Position numbers and translations under genes: made by a program. From positions 18,290,001 through 18,354,000 of the forward strand of contig OZ024754.1 in the NCBI GenBank assembly GCA_964016885.1: 64,000 nucleotides of DNA. The letters run 5' to 3'. Numbering within the stretch: the stretch's first letter is position 1; each line of letters opens with the position of its first letter. Positions 1-13,039 of the stretch are shown here, one piece after another. This DNA is from Eledone cirrhosa (lineage: Eukaryota). Under the pieces are notes generated by a model that was given only the letters and a program-made list of their open reading frames with translations, had not been told where the DNA came from and searched no databases.

Positions 1-140
1 AACGTGGTTGGTGTTAGGAAGGGCATCCAGCCGTAGAAAACCTGCGAGACAGTCCTATACGAGTGAGACGACCAATCTTGCCTCAAGTGGGACAATTCCC
101 GTCTAAACCCAAGGTGGAAGATAGACGTTAAACAATGATA
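1..140 (+). mobile_element. RTE LINE 3' UTR end (subfamily C-like)
   Basis: Carries the GGTTGGTGTTAGGAAGGGCATCCAGC core and the GACGTTAAACAATGAT terminus; it is the reverse complement of the tail at ~51270-51420. Confidence 0.8.
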
Positions 141-709
141 ATATTTAATGAAATACACTCTATTTCAATCATTTAATGAAGAATTTGGAGGGATTTGCTA
201 AAATTATTTATTATTTCATTACTAAGATAACCTAGCATAGGGTTATATAAAGCTGTTAGAAAGTGTTTAATTAAATAGAATTGTTTAAAAATGGGAGGTT
301 TTTTTTCAAAGAACAAGAGATGGTTTTGAACAGGCTGGTTCCAAAAGGGTTACTAATAGGGGCCTCAATACTATCAAAAATGGTTAATGGTAGGGGCCTC
401 ACTACTATCAAAAGGGTTAATGGTGAGGGCCCTAGTCCTTTCATGCAAAACAATGAAAAATGAAGTGCCATGTTCAAAAACATAATGGGCTGAGTCCAAC
501 GCCCAAACTACTAGGCCATAGTCAACTTTGACTTACATCCCCTCAAGGTCAATAGAATAAATAGCAGTAATATTTCACTCAATCATCTATGTTTTAGTAC
601 TGTCTAGAATGACTTAGTATCACGTAACATGACTTAATATGTACCCTGCTTTCACTAATAGGTTTAGGTTCTTATGCTGACACAACAACAAAAAAAAAAA
701 CTGCATAAA

Positions 710-1001
710 ACTATCGGCACTCTGTTGGTTACGAGTGTTATGATAAATGGAAGAGCCTGCCCGTGAAATTAACGTAAAAGTGGCTGAATATTCCACAGAC
801 ACACGTACCCTTAACGTAGTTCTCAAGGAGATTCAGCATGACAAACAAGGTTAGTCCTTCTAATTCCAGGTACAACTCCTTTTTCCCAGCTGAGTCGACT
901 GGAGCAATTTGAAATAAAGTATCTTGCTCAAGGACACAACGCACTGACTGGACTCAAACTCATGTCCTTGCGATTGTGAACCACAAAGCCACACATCTTC
1001 A
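710..1001 (-). mobile_element. Old tRNA-derived SINE
   Basis: Central CTGAGTCGACTGGAGCAA..AAATAAAGTATCTTGCTCAAGGACACAAC block shared with other SINEs in the window; degraded head. Confidence 0.7.
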
Positions 1002-1039
1002 CAGTTGACACAAGAGCAGAAATTTAAAAATAATGGTTT

Positions 1040-1250
1040 TTAACATAGATGACGTAAGGTCAGCAATTTTGGAAGAGAAAGTTGATTAAACTGAGCCCTG
1101 TATTTTACTGGTACTTAATTTTATCAATCTTGGAAGGATAATAAACAAAGTTGACCTTGGTGGGATTTGAACTCAGAACATAAAGAGCTGGAGCAAAATA
1201 CCAGTGTGATATTTTGTCCAATGTTCTAACAATTCTGCCAATGTGCTGTC
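1040..1250 (-). mobile_element. SINE, second family (degraded)
   Basis: TACTGGTACT..TTTTATC..AAAGTTGACCT..GGGATTTGAACTCAGAAC (reverse B-box); similar to 1742-1928. Confidence 0.65.
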
Positions 1251-1741
1251 TGTTGGTTTGGTTTGCTAATAAAAGCAATGAAAAGGAAAAACAAGAAGTA
1301 ACTATTATATTTATATTTCTTGAAATCCTATTTGAAACTGCTCACAGCTAGAAGTAAGAATATTAGAATATTTTCAGAACACTTTAACATAGAAATGCTT
1401 ATTAAGACACATATATTTAGATTTAATAAGATTGATACAGCTGACATAGTCATTGAAATATGTTAACCAATGAAAAAGGAGAGTGGTAATATATATGAAA
1501 TTAACAAAGCAATATATAGCATGCTTTAAATCTGAGATCTACTTAGTAAAGAACACACTAATAGAGATGTCAAGGACATACAAATGACAACCATGGCTAA
1601 CTTTAACAGCTTCTTAATATATGCGACAAGTTCTCAATACTGACCTAGAAAATTAAAATAGCAGTCAATTTAAGGTTGGGTCTTTTCCTGCACCAATTGT
1701 CACCATCTTAACACACACATATATATATATATATAATAATA

Positions 1742-1928
1742 ATTGTTTCTACTTTTGGCACAAGGCCAGCAATTACCCAGCACATTACTGGTACTTTATT
1801 TTATCGACCCCGTAAGGATGAAAGGCAAAGTTGACCTCGGCGGGATTTGAACACAGAATGGAAAGGGCAGTAACTCTATGCGTCAAAGCATGACGTCCAA
1901 CCCTCTACCGATACTGCCAATCTACCAA
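1742..1928 (-). mobile_element. SINE, second family
   Basis: Near-identical to 35083-35199 and 60862-60991; reverse B-box GGGATTTGAAC; abuts (AT)n. Confidence 0.75.
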
Positions 1929-1949
1929 TATAGAATGATATATACTTTA

Positions 1950-3423
1950 CTAGCTAGCTCTTCTGGCTGGCGCCCAGCTAGGTATACCAGCATTTTATCT
2001 TTTCAGGAGTCCCCCCTACACTCTAGTGCAAAGATACAGCACGCCCTCTCAAGTCAGCGGGGGGGGGGGGGGGGGGGGGTAATGTGCTCTGGTGTTGGCT
2101 TTGAATAGTTTTTAGGATTCCCCAGTTCAGCAGCCAGTATGTTAAAGAAAATGGATAGTTACAACAATAAAGGCTGAACAGAGAACACATTTTTCAACAA
2201 ACTTTACAATAATTTGTACAGCCATAATGGAAATTCCAAGTAACAGAAAATACATAAATTACATTGTTAGAGCCTCAGAGTATACAATATTTTTTGTTCG
2301 GCCCTCGGGAGCAAAGATGAAGAGATTGTTTGGCGAGCTCACCCTACAGCATCCTACATACAATTGACCATGGGAGAAGCATGGTTTTCCCAGATGAAGG
2401 CCAGCCACTTTTAGGGTTTAACCCTAAGCTTTGTTGATGGTAATCGCGAAGCTTAGTCTCTCTATTGCTATAGTAACATTTTTTTCTTCTGGAAAATCTG
2501 ATCTTGCGGCCAGGCTGGGACTTTTTGGGTGGCATATCGGCAGTAACAGTGACGATAAGCCGTCTGTGCTTTCGTGAAATAAATATGTTTGTTCATATTT
2601 TGTTTTTGTGTATTCAAAAATATATGTACACGAATATATAATTAGAATTATATATATATATCGTATATATATAAAAATAACAGATTAAAGTTTAAGCAAA
2701 GAATCGCTGTTTTCACCTGGTCCCTAATCAACTTCTGAAACTAAAAAAATCAATCTGTGAACGCAGAAGTAAATATTTTGAAAAACGTTGCAGCCGAAGG
2801 GAAACAGGAAGATGATACTTTAGTTTGTGAAGACATTCCTTGGCAATGAAAGGAAAAAAGCGAAGATAATATGTCAGCAATGAGAACAATATTTGCTCTA
2901 GGGTTCTTAAATATTTGATATATATTCATCCTTATGGAGCCCTCTTTGGATTTTAGTCTTCACATTTATTATTATTACTAATTATATATATATATATATA
3001 TATATAATTAATTAGGGTGTGCGGTATCTTTGCACTGAATTAATTAAAAGTTGGTTAGAAGCGAAGTCAATGCAGACAGGCAGACAGACAGGCATACAGA
3101 GACATATTATAAGGGCGAGACATAGCTATGTATCTAATGCAGACAGCCAGGCATACAGAGATATATTATAAGGGTGCGACGTTATAGCTATGTATCTATC
3201 TAAAAAGACAGACTAAAAAGAGAGAGGAATGTCGTATAACTGGAAGTGTTGACATTTGAAAATTTTAAAGAAGTGAATATTTAAATAAACGATAAAGACA
3301 AAAATACGCTCACTTTCTTACTTGGGAAAAGTTACATCTATGGAGCAAATTTGGTGCTTTTTGGTCCAGCCGTTTGGCGAAAAGTTTGTTACATACATAC
3401 GGGCGTCAGCTTTATAATATAGA
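1950..3423 (-). mobile_element. Non-autonomous Helitron
   Basis: On the minus strand: 5' TC at 3423, 3' CTAG at 1950-1953 with a GC-rich subterminal hairpin remnant, A|T insertion context; second copy at 32345-33310. Confidence 0.7.
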
Positions 3424-3450
3424 TATCATCTCTATTTATTTTATTATATA

Positions 3451-4341
3451 CTAGCAGTGGTACCCGACGTTGCACGGGATAAGGTATTTTGGAAGGTGGG
3501 CCGCCAACAGACCTAATCGTGGAAAAATTGCATGCCTGGACAATATGTAAAGAAAATAAACAGAATAATCTGATGGCTAGATACTCTTTAGGATTTTCCT
3601 CGATGAAGCAGGAAAAACGCAGGTTTTCACCTAATGCGGGCCCTAGAGGATCAATAAAATGAATTTCTTTTTCTGTGCATAATATGCCTTGAAATTTCAG
3701 GAAAATCGGCTAGACGTAACGCCTCCAAAAAGCCCTAAAAAGCTGAAAAAATGAAGTTTTTCACCTAATGCAGGACCTAGGCCATAAAAAGGTTAGATTT
3801 TCTTTGCTCACGGTATGAAGAAGAGACTGACTAATACATAGTTACAATTTCAAGGAAATCGGTCTGACGTAATGCCTCAAAAAACCCCTAAAAAGCTTAA
3901 AAAACGCAGATTTTCACCTAATGAGGGCCCTAGGATATCAAAAAGTTGAATTTGAAACATAAGTAATACACATGTAAAGTTTGAAAAAAATTGGTTGGGT
4001 ACTTCTCGAGTTTTAGGGATTCAAACTCACAGACACACACACAGACACAGACATCCTCAGGGAAGTGATGTAATGCAGACAGCCAGACATACAGACAGAT
4101 ATTATAAGGGCGCGACATTATATGTATGTATCTATCTAAAAAGAGAAATACTAAGAATTATAGAGAGAGATCGCTAAATCGGTCCCTAGGGCATTGAAAA
4201 TTTGAAATTTTTTTTGCTCGGAACACTCCCTGAAACATAAGTATTACATGTGTAAAGTTTGAAAACAGTCAGTTGGGTCGTTCTCAAGTTTTAGGGATTC
4301 AATCTCACACACACAGACATCCTCGGTTTTATATATATAGA
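3451..4341 (-). mobile_element. Non-autonomous Helitron with internal ~140-bp subrepeats
   Basis: CTAG at 3451, hairpin CCCG-ACGTTGCA-CGGG at 3463-3478, 5' TC at 4341; TTTTCACCTAATG unit repeated at ~3625, ~3758 and ~3911. Confidence 0.75.
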
Positions 4342-4404
4342 TATTTCAAAGATGTAAAGTTTTATGTATAACATAAAGCAAAACATGTCCTCTTCAGACA
4401 AAAT

Positions 4405-6079
4405 ATAGGTATAAAGCTGATGGACCAGGTCATGAAAGTAACAGAAAGAGTTATAGCACAGTTGATTAGGGACCAGGTGAAACTACATGAAAAGGCACCA
4501 CTGATGCCCTCTTCCTTGTAAGGCAGTTACAGGAAAAGTAGCTAGCTAAAAGTAAACTGCTCTACTTGGCATTCGTCAATCTGGAAAAAGCCTTCAACAG
4601 TACCCCGTGCTATAATCTGAGGGCTCTTAGAAAATTAGGAGTAGATGAATGGCTTGTGAAAGCTGTACAAGCCATGTATAGAGGAGCATTCAGCAAAGTT
4701 AGGGTTAGCAATGACTATAGCGAGGAATTTAGCATACAGGCACCAAGGCTCTGTTCTTAGCCCGCCCCTGTTCATAGTTTTGCAGGCAATAACGGAGGAG
4801 TTTAAGACCGGATGCCCATGGGAACTCCTATATGCAGATGATCTCACACTTATAGCTGAATCTATGGTGGAACTAGAGAAGAAATTCCAAACATAGAAGC
4901 AGGGACTAGAAAGAAAGGGTCTCAAAGTCAACCTGACAAAGACTAAGCTCCTTGTAAGTAGACAAGAAAACAGAACCCAGATACCCTAGGGAAATGGCTT
5001 TGCTCAGTATGTAGGAAAGGTGAAGGTAGGAACTCTATCCTCTGCCCCAAATGCAAACAATGGGTAGACAAGAGATGTAGTGGGATCTCAGAAAGCTTAA
5101 CTAAGAATGTAGGCTTCATATGTAGCAGCTGCACTGGGACAGCAAGCAGCAAACGGCCACAGGAAACAAGCACCACCAAACTCTGGGAGGGCTCTGTAGA
5201 AACAGTAGACAGCTTCTGCTACCTAGGTGACCGAATTAGCAGCGGAGGTGGGTGTTCGGAAAGTACAATAACTAGGGTAAGAATGGGATGGAAGAAGTTC
5301 AGGGAGCTACTGCCACTGCTAGCTGCAAAAGGCTTTTCCCTCAAAATGAAAGGCAGACTGTATGATAGGTGCATACGAACAGCAATGTTACATGGTAGTG
5401 AGACCTGGGCGCTGTGTGTAGAAGACTTGCGTAGATTAGAAAGAAACGAAGCCTGCATGCTCCGATGGATGTGTAATAGTAATATACGCGAATGGCAAAG
5501 CATTAACGAACTGAGAGAGAGACTGAGCATAAGAGGAATCAAATGCTATGTGCAGGAGAGGAGGTTACGTTGGTATGGACATGTGATGCATATGAAGGAT
5601 AACAGCTGCATAAAAAGGTGCAGAGTACTAGAAGTCGATGGAAGCCGCGGAATGGGGAGACCCAAGAAGACTTGGGATGAGGTGATAAAAGCCGACCTTA
5701 CCCAATTGCACCTCTCAAGGGCGATGACACATGACCGTGACCTCTGGCATCACGCAGCAATACAGAAGACCCGACTTCCCACAGGAAAAAGCTGAAGCAT
5801 ATAGACAATATGCCCCCACCCCCTCCCACTGCAAAGTGGTCATGGAGGTGCTACGGAAAAAAAGCACCCAGCCCACACTGTAAAGTGGACGTGTAGGCGC
5901 CATGGAAAAAAAGCACCCAGCACTCACTGTAAATGAAGTTGGTGTTAGGAAGGGCATCCAGCTGTAGAAATCAAGCCAGAATCAGTTCCTGTATGAGCAA
6001 GACACTGCCCACAACAGGACAACCTGTCTAACCCATGTTAACGTGGAAGAACGGACGTAAAACGGTGATGATGATGATG
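4405..6079 (+). mobile_element. 5'-truncated RTE LINE, subfamily A (decayed RT, PHD, 3' UTR, (GAT)n tail)
   Basis: Peptides AFVNLEKAF, HQGSVLSP, LLYADDL, MLHGSETW and RLRWYGHV spread over frameshifts and stops; tail GGTGATGATGATGATG. Confidence 0.92.
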
Positions 6080-6909
6080 TGTAATTTTTTCATATGCTGG
6101 TAAACAAACTAGCTGGACAGATTGGTGACCACCAAGGATATGGCTAGAAAAAACTCAACACATAATGGGTTATGTGACTGGGAGAAAACATTACAGTTAG
6201 TTTAAACGTTTCATAAATTATTTTAAAAATATATAGCGTAATTAGATTGGTAAAAAAACAAAACAAAAATTGACCGTTATTAGATTGGTAAGAAAGCAAA
6301 ACAAAAATTGATGCTTATAATCAATTAAAATAGGTATTAAATCAAAAGTATATATTATATCAAAGGAAAAATATTCTAGGAAACAGAAGTAGTATTATGA
6401 AAATAAATAATAAAGGGGGAAAGAATTTATGTATAATTAGATACTGAAATTATTGAGTAGAAAAGTATTTAATAGTTCTTTTTTTTTTAAATGTATAGGA
6501 CAGTAGGTTGTAATGTTATGTGATAAATCATTTATTTTAAAAGAAGGGAAATAATTATCTATGTTAGAATTTTAGTTAAGTAGTTAATATGTGTATAGGA
6601 GGGACTATTAAAACTTTGTGTAACTATTTAGAAAGAAAAAAATGTATGCATTATAACCAAATTTATCAATTTATGTTAAATTTAATTTATTTAGATGCTA
6701 CCTAAAGTTAAAGTAGATAAAAAATTGTAATGGAGGAAGATTATAACAGAGAAAAAAATTAGTTAACTTATTTTGTCGTATAACCTAGATTTAAAAATTA
6801 TAATATATTTTTTTATATATATAAAGCTTAGAGTTTTTAAACTCTAATTTGAGAATAGGTGGAGGCAAGAATTAAAACTATATATAAAGGAATATTCACT
6901 ATTATGTTA

Positions 6910-7712
6910 TCTATATTACTAAAACAGAGAATGTCTGTTTGTCTGTACAATCACTAAATCTCGAGAACCACCCAACCGATTGTTTTCAAACTTTACACAT
7001 GTAATACTTATGGTCCTATTGAGTGTTCTGAGCAAAAAATATTTCAAATTTTCAATGCCCTAGGGACCGCATTAGACGATTTAGCGATCTCTTTCTCTCT
7101 CTCTTAGTCTTTCTTTTTTTAGATAGATACATAGATATTACGCTGTGCCCTTATAATATCTGTCTGTATGCCTGGCTGTCTGCATTACGTCATTATGACG
7201 CGGTGTGTGTGTGTATATAGTGTGTGTACATATATATATAGTGTGTAACGTTTTTCGAAATATTTACTTCTGCGTTCACAGATTTATTATTTTAGTTTCA
7301 GAAGATCCCGTTAAGGGTGAAAGCAGCGATTCTTTGCTTAAACTTTAATCTGTTATTTTAATATATATATATATATAATTATATATTCGTGTACAGATAT
7401 TTTTGCATACACATATAAACAAAAGTATTTATTTCGCGATAAAGTATTGATTTCCTTCGAACGGAAAAAAACGCTGGTAATGTACGACCAAATTTTATTT
7501 ATAAACACAAAATGTAGACACCAACCCGAGGCCGAGATATTCCTTACTTCTCTGTACTGTTATTTATATATTCGTGTACAGATATTTTTGCATACACAAT
7601 AACAAAATATAAACAAATGTATTTACTTCACGAGGCTCGAGAAGGATAAATATATATCAAATATATAAGTACCCTAGAGCAAATCCCGAGCGACGCCGGG
7701 CCATTCTGCTAG
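6910..7712 (+). mobile_element. Non-autonomous Helitron inserted at the 3' region of a PLE
   Basis: A|TCTATATTAC start, CCCG-AGCGACGC-CGGG hairpin at 7685-7700, CTAG|T end, no TSD. Confidence 0.85.
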
Positions 7713-7713
7713 T

Positions 7714-9830
7714 TTATTTTAAAACTTAACTAAAAACTCTATGAAACGTTTTTGAGAAACGATCGAGGATTGAGCTGAAGATCTCAGGTTTTTTTATTAA
7801 TAATTATTTTCCTTCTTAAGAATATAAAGAATTTCAGTGCTACATAGGTTACAACCCTTAGAAATGGAAGAATTTATATAAGGTAAAGCGCTAGAAAGTT
7901 TTTGCCAAGAAAGAGAATATTCTATATTTTTATTTTCAAGTGACCAAATTAATTCAGATAAAGCAGTACTTAATCTCTAATCTTCTCTCTTAAACATGTA
8001 GCGGTGATTATACCACCTTTCTTTAAATTTCGAAAAAGTGGCACTAATATAATTATAAGACTTATCTTTTGTTTTAACAATGCATTTGTAAACTAAATTA
8101 GTCAAAACAGTTATTATTTAATGGGCAAGAATAACTATTTTTTACAATTGCAATTACCTCTGCTGTTATTTAATGATGCCTCTCTGTTTTCATAGTTCAA
8201 GTTATTGGTATAATTGTTGTTAATCGAGGAGTTGTTTATTCTATTAGTGATTCTCTGATTATCATTAGGGGTTAATTCCCTATGAATAGTTCCGAGATTT
8301 CTATTATTCATTTTGGGCAATATTCATAGTGGTTGAGTATGAGAGTTTAATTGTATGCCTATTAAAAATTCTACTATATTTATGCATTGTTCCTTGCTGA
8401 ACGCTGTTAACTATAGCCTTTTAAACATTTCTTGGGTGGTTTGAATGGAAGCTAACATAATTAAGGTTTTCATTTAATTTATGGAATGGGTAGTAGGCCA
8501 GATTTAAGGTTTAATGTTATATCTAGGAAATTAAATATTCTATTATTTTCAATTTTGAGTTTAAGGCCGTAATTGTTTAAAAAAAGTCAGTTATAATTTT
8601 TTTCTTTATATTAACCCTTTAGCATTCGCATTAATTTTCAAACGTCATGCTTATCTGTTCGCATTATTTTGAGTTAATCATACAAGAAGGTTATCAATTT
8701 TATTTGTTTGTAATTTTCTTAATTTTCTATGTGCAGGCTTGACATTTTGTCAGTTGATGTTTAAATATCAATAATTTACAATTATATAATTTTACCTGAT
8801 TTTTTTGGTCAAATTTGACTTTTATGGGCAGGTGAAATTAACTAATACGGGCATTTGAAGTATCAACCAGGTGCAAATACTGGTTTAATTTTAAATACGT
8901 TGTTTTCGGCATAATACTTGATATATAAGAATCACTAAACCGTATATCAGTGCTTCAGTAATTCTACAGGCTTGGAAATTGTTTTATACCAAACATAATA
9001 TTTACGGTAAAAAATGTTTGTATTTCCGCAGCATCTGTCGGTCACCAAACAGATCAAGTTTTCCTCGATTTGAAATCTGTTGTTTGGCATATCAATTAAT
9101 CTCTTCTGCCACAACTTCGAAGAAAGTTTGTGGTAAAAACAAAAAGAAATAATCCAGTGCTTTAGTATCGGGAGCTAATGTGTATTGTGGACAAGTATTT
9201 TGAATAAAATCGGGAACATATATTGGTGTGGTATTTTACCACGTTGCTGTAATATCTTCAATGGCGTCTGGAGACCTCCTTCGTTTTCACTTTCAAAACA
9301 ATCAACGTCGGACGAAATTTCAGAAATGTAAACATCGGATTCATTTGAAGATAAATCACTAATATTATTTTTTGTTTCTTGTTTATTCTGAATGTCGTCA
9401 TGTGTAAAAAATTCAAAGTCAGTATCGCTACTTTCATAAGCCATGTTGATACAAAAAGAAAATTTGTTGCACTTTCAAAATTAAAAAAACACTTGTTGTT
9501 TTAAGTTGTTCCACTATATTAAGTGTTAATTTTCGCGGTAAGAGCCTAATCTCGCAGCAGTCTCGAATTGACGAGATTTTGGTGATGGTTTGTTTATTTT
9601 TAGAACGATTTTTTAGCTTGGGCGATTTCGGATGGTTAGAACAAATGAAGGGGAAATAATTTCGGGCGGTTTGAACACTTAAGGGTTAAGGGCGCTGTTA
9701 TTATGGTCAGTTACTACAAAAAGAGCATCATCACGATATAAACCTCTGTCAAGCTCAGGTAATCTTCTGTTAATTAAGTTAAGGATGAAAATTCCAACAA
9801 GGTCAGTGACCTGAGCCGAGTTGAAATTTC
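7714..9830 (-). mobile_element. Decayed Penelope-like element (RT plus C-terminal GIY-YIG; Hydra-like clade, inferred), interrupted by piggyBac
   Basis: Minus-strand SAQVTDLVGIFILN..GLYRDDALF (9720-9825), NFLDITLNL and SNHP (8430-8540), CNC..CPLNNNC linker, endonuclease remnant ending in GCNLC (7830-8160). Confidence 0.8.
8615..9685 (-). mobile_element. Internally deleted piggyBac element with N-terminal transposase remnant
   Basis: TTAA TSDs at 8611-8614 and 9686-9689; CCCTT..AAGGG imperfect TIRs; acidic N-terminal ORF 9175-9444 followed by DYFFLFLPQTFFEVVAEE..YA. Confidence 0.8.
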
Positions 9831-10297
9831 CAGGTCTATCAGCTCTAGTCCATATATATATATGGGCTTGTGAATTGTTGGGAGAAACACTATATTACAT
9901 TGTATGAAGCAGGAATGGTTGCAAATGATGGGAGGAAGAAGCAGTGAAATAAGAGCTAATACCAGGCATTTATTGACTTTCCATTTGTCAATGTCCTTGG
10001 TCCCTCGGACTGCTGTTTTCCTCTGCCAAATCAGAATAAGGGCACCCTCAGCTGATGTGGCAGGTGTTGCTGGCTGTTCTCCAGAGCAATGCTTTTGCCA
10101 TCTTGTGTGTGAGGCACAGCTGAGATACATCATCCAGCCAAGGATTAAGAGATTGCCTCCTCTTTATTCATTTCTTCTTTTTTTTAAAACTTAAAACCAC
10201 ATTGATGTGATGTAAACTCCTTAACTACACAACCATATGTCATTTTCATGTTAGTCTTGGGTCAATTATTTTTATTGATTGCACCATGTTAAGTTGG

Positions 10298-10600
10298 TGC
10301 TGCATGGTTTAGTGGTTAGGAGTGTTGGGTTCATAATCACGAGGTTGTGAGACCAATTCCTGAACCGAGTGGTACATTATTTCATGTTGCTCCAATTAAA
10401 TGAGTTGCAGTGTCACTGGTGCCAAGCTGTACCAGCCCTGGCCTTTCTTTTGGACAACATCTGTAGCACAGAAAGGGGAGACTGGTATGCATGGGTGACT
10501 GCTGGTCTTCCATAAAAATCACCTTGCCCAGTCTTGTGACCCAGAGAGAAATTTTCTAGGTGTAAATCTGTGGTCAGCCATGACCAGAAGCAGATACACA
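10298..10600 (+). mobile_element. Old tRNA-derived SINE
   Basis: A-box-like TGGTTTAGTGG, degraded B-box; body homologous to 21310-21648. Confidence 0.65.
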
Positions 10601-10700
10601 TAGGTCTATTTAGGAAATATTTTATGGCTTGCTTTGCTGATTTCAATTCTTTCAACATAAAAAGCCCTCTCATCCAGAGAGAAAAAGGTAGAAAGTGCCA

Positions 10701-10746
<46 letters not shown>

Positions 10747-10814
10747 TAGAAACGATCATCGTAAAGCAGTGAAGTATATCTCTAATGACTTGATTTTTTA
10801 TTTCATTGTTTTAA

Positions 10815-10879
<65 letters not shown>

Positions 10880-10881
<2 letters not shown>

Positions 10882-11175
10882 TATTGCTTTGAATGTTTGT
10901 GAGAAGCAAAAAGGTGGAGAGAGAGAGGAATAAGCTAGTTTCTTTTAGTCAGATCATTTATTTTTTTCCTCAAATCACACACACTTTCAAAATTATAAAA
11001 AGTCAAGAATAATGAATAATTTCATATCCTTGATTTTTTTATAATATTTAATGTGCATGTGTGTGTGATTTTGGGAAAAATAAAGTCTGACTAAAAGAAT
11101 CTAGCTTATTTGTCTCTCACTCACTCTCTCTCCCCTTCACCTTTTTTCCTTCTCACAAAAATTCAAGGCAATATT
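10880..11175. mobile_element. Foldback/MITE with ~100-bp imperfect inverted arms
   Basis: AATATTGCTTTGAAT..ATAAGCTAG..TTTTAGTCAGA..AAATCACAC is mirrored at 11060-11175. Confidence 0.7.
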
Positions 11176-11390
11176 GTGCTGTCACACAGCAAAACCATTT
11201 TTAGAAGTACATAAGAGGTTAAAACTTGACCAAGATTACAGTGTTAGATTAAATTGGTAGAAGCAATTCAGATTTCTGTTAATACAACAGACTAGAAATA
11301 GTGTATTTAAAATCAGGCTGTAAGTACTTAGTAAGTAGTTACTGCAGTCAACTTTAGTTGACAATGGTGAACCTACACAGAGCTAGTTAA

Positions 11391-11807
11391 CCCTTTCATT
11401 ATATTTCTAACACAAGACACTGCCTATGATTTAAAAATAATTTTGAAAATAAATCAAGAATTTAGAGGGATTTAGTAATGCAACTTTCTCATTATTAACC
11501 CTTTAGCATTCACATTATTCTATATATACTATTATATTCTCATGGTAAAGGCTTTACCTCACATAATATCGAATCTAAGAGATTTTGAAAGTATTTATTT
11601 TGAGAACAATACCTTAACATCAGTTTGAGCAACCAGTTACAGTCAGTTTCAACAGAAAGAAGTAGAGAATTCTGGCCGGTTTTAACATAGGGTTAAACTG
11701 CTGTGTAAAATATAACAAAGGGTCTTACATAATATTATGATAGAAAGTTTTTAAAGCTTTGTATCATAGAACCAAAGCCAGTTTTGGGTGGTTTGATATC
11801 AAAAGGT
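11391..11807. mobile_element. TTAA-type (piggyBac-like) MITE hosting a nested MITE
   Basis: TTAA|CCCTTT ... AAAAGGT|TTAA; homologous to ~20300-20704. Confidence 0.6.
11499..11692 (+). mobile_element. ~200-bp piggyBac-type MITE
   Basis: TTAA|CCCTTTAGCATT...GGG|TTAA; copies at 20403-20587, 22175-22382 and 38881-38996. Confidence 0.8.
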
Positions 11808-12160
11808 TTAAGGCATTGTACTCCATTTCTTTCTATCTTAAATATTAGAATCCAAATCTTGATCTTCTAAGATGTTGGTAACGTGGTTTTGACTGAAAAT
11901 ATTTTTTCACATCAAAGATGGTTGAAATTTTGCAAATGAAGAAATAGATACAAGTAGCAAAAGGTAAGAAAGAATGACAAGGCAGTTTAGGAAAATAACT
12001 GGGAAAAAGCAACATTTTGTACACAGAATAAAGTAATGACGTTACATATTTCGAGAAGTGGAAGACTGGTTGGAGGCAACCAGTGTGGAAATGGGTTGAT
12101 ATGTGGAAAGGGTAATTAAGAGACTAAGATAAAGTTTTACTTAACACAGAAGAGATTAAA

Positions 12161-12415
12161 CTCTTAACATCCTGTATCACATGAAACCACATTTGCAAAA
12201 CATTCTTGAAAAGTACAAAATGACTGGATCACATAAAAAAATTAAGCCTTTTGTTTAATATTACAAATTTTAATGATCTGTCCATTAGTAAAGAGTCTAT
12301 AAACATTTGAATTAAACTTATTTTTAGATATTTTCTAGTAAATCACTCCGAGATATTAGAAAGTTAAAGATACTATAAACATTTGAATTTCAAAATCCTT
12401 ACAAAATGTTAAGAG
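12161..12415. mobile_element. Possible TTAA-type MITE
   Basis: 10-bp TIR CTCTTAACAT / ATGTTAAGAG followed by TTAA. Confidence 0.45.
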
Positions 12416-13039
12416 TTAACTATGTCCACTAAAAAAAAGGTACTATAAACATTTGAATTAACAAACTTGTTTTTAGATATTTGCTACTAAAATCATTAGA
12501 GGATATTAAAAGATTAAAGATAAATATACTACAATAAAGGAATAATAAAACAGTGGATGATGATGATGAGGATGATGATGATGCGATCATCATCATCAAC
12601 AGCATCCTCTTCCTCCTCCATGTTTATATGCCAGCTGAGTGTCTCTGAAGACATCTTGTTTGAGAGTCAGTGAAAAGCAATTTCAATATAACATAATAAA
12701 ATGAAACATGTCACATTTGGCAGCATAAACTCAATTCTACTTAGAAATTAAAGTTTAATTTCCCATAGCTGTCAGATGCCAGCAAATATAGTTAAAGTCT
12801 AGTATACACAATAAAATGAATTAATAACTCTGGAAAAGTAGTTTCGTAGTTTAAAAAAAAGAGTCAAACATCTTGAATGTACTAAGATCGTATCATTAGT
12901 GAAAGCATCAACTAAAAACAACAATATGACCTGAATGGTTTTAAATAAACCACAATGGTCTAAAATACCAAGTTGAGGTCTGGTAAGAATAACCACTCTA
13001 GATGAGAATAAGTGGAGTCTCTTTAAGCTTTGGGTAGCA

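Noticed and set aside
9774-10194. Overlapping ORFs of 119 and 96 aa
   Set aside because: No recognisable motif; probably decayed repeat sequence.
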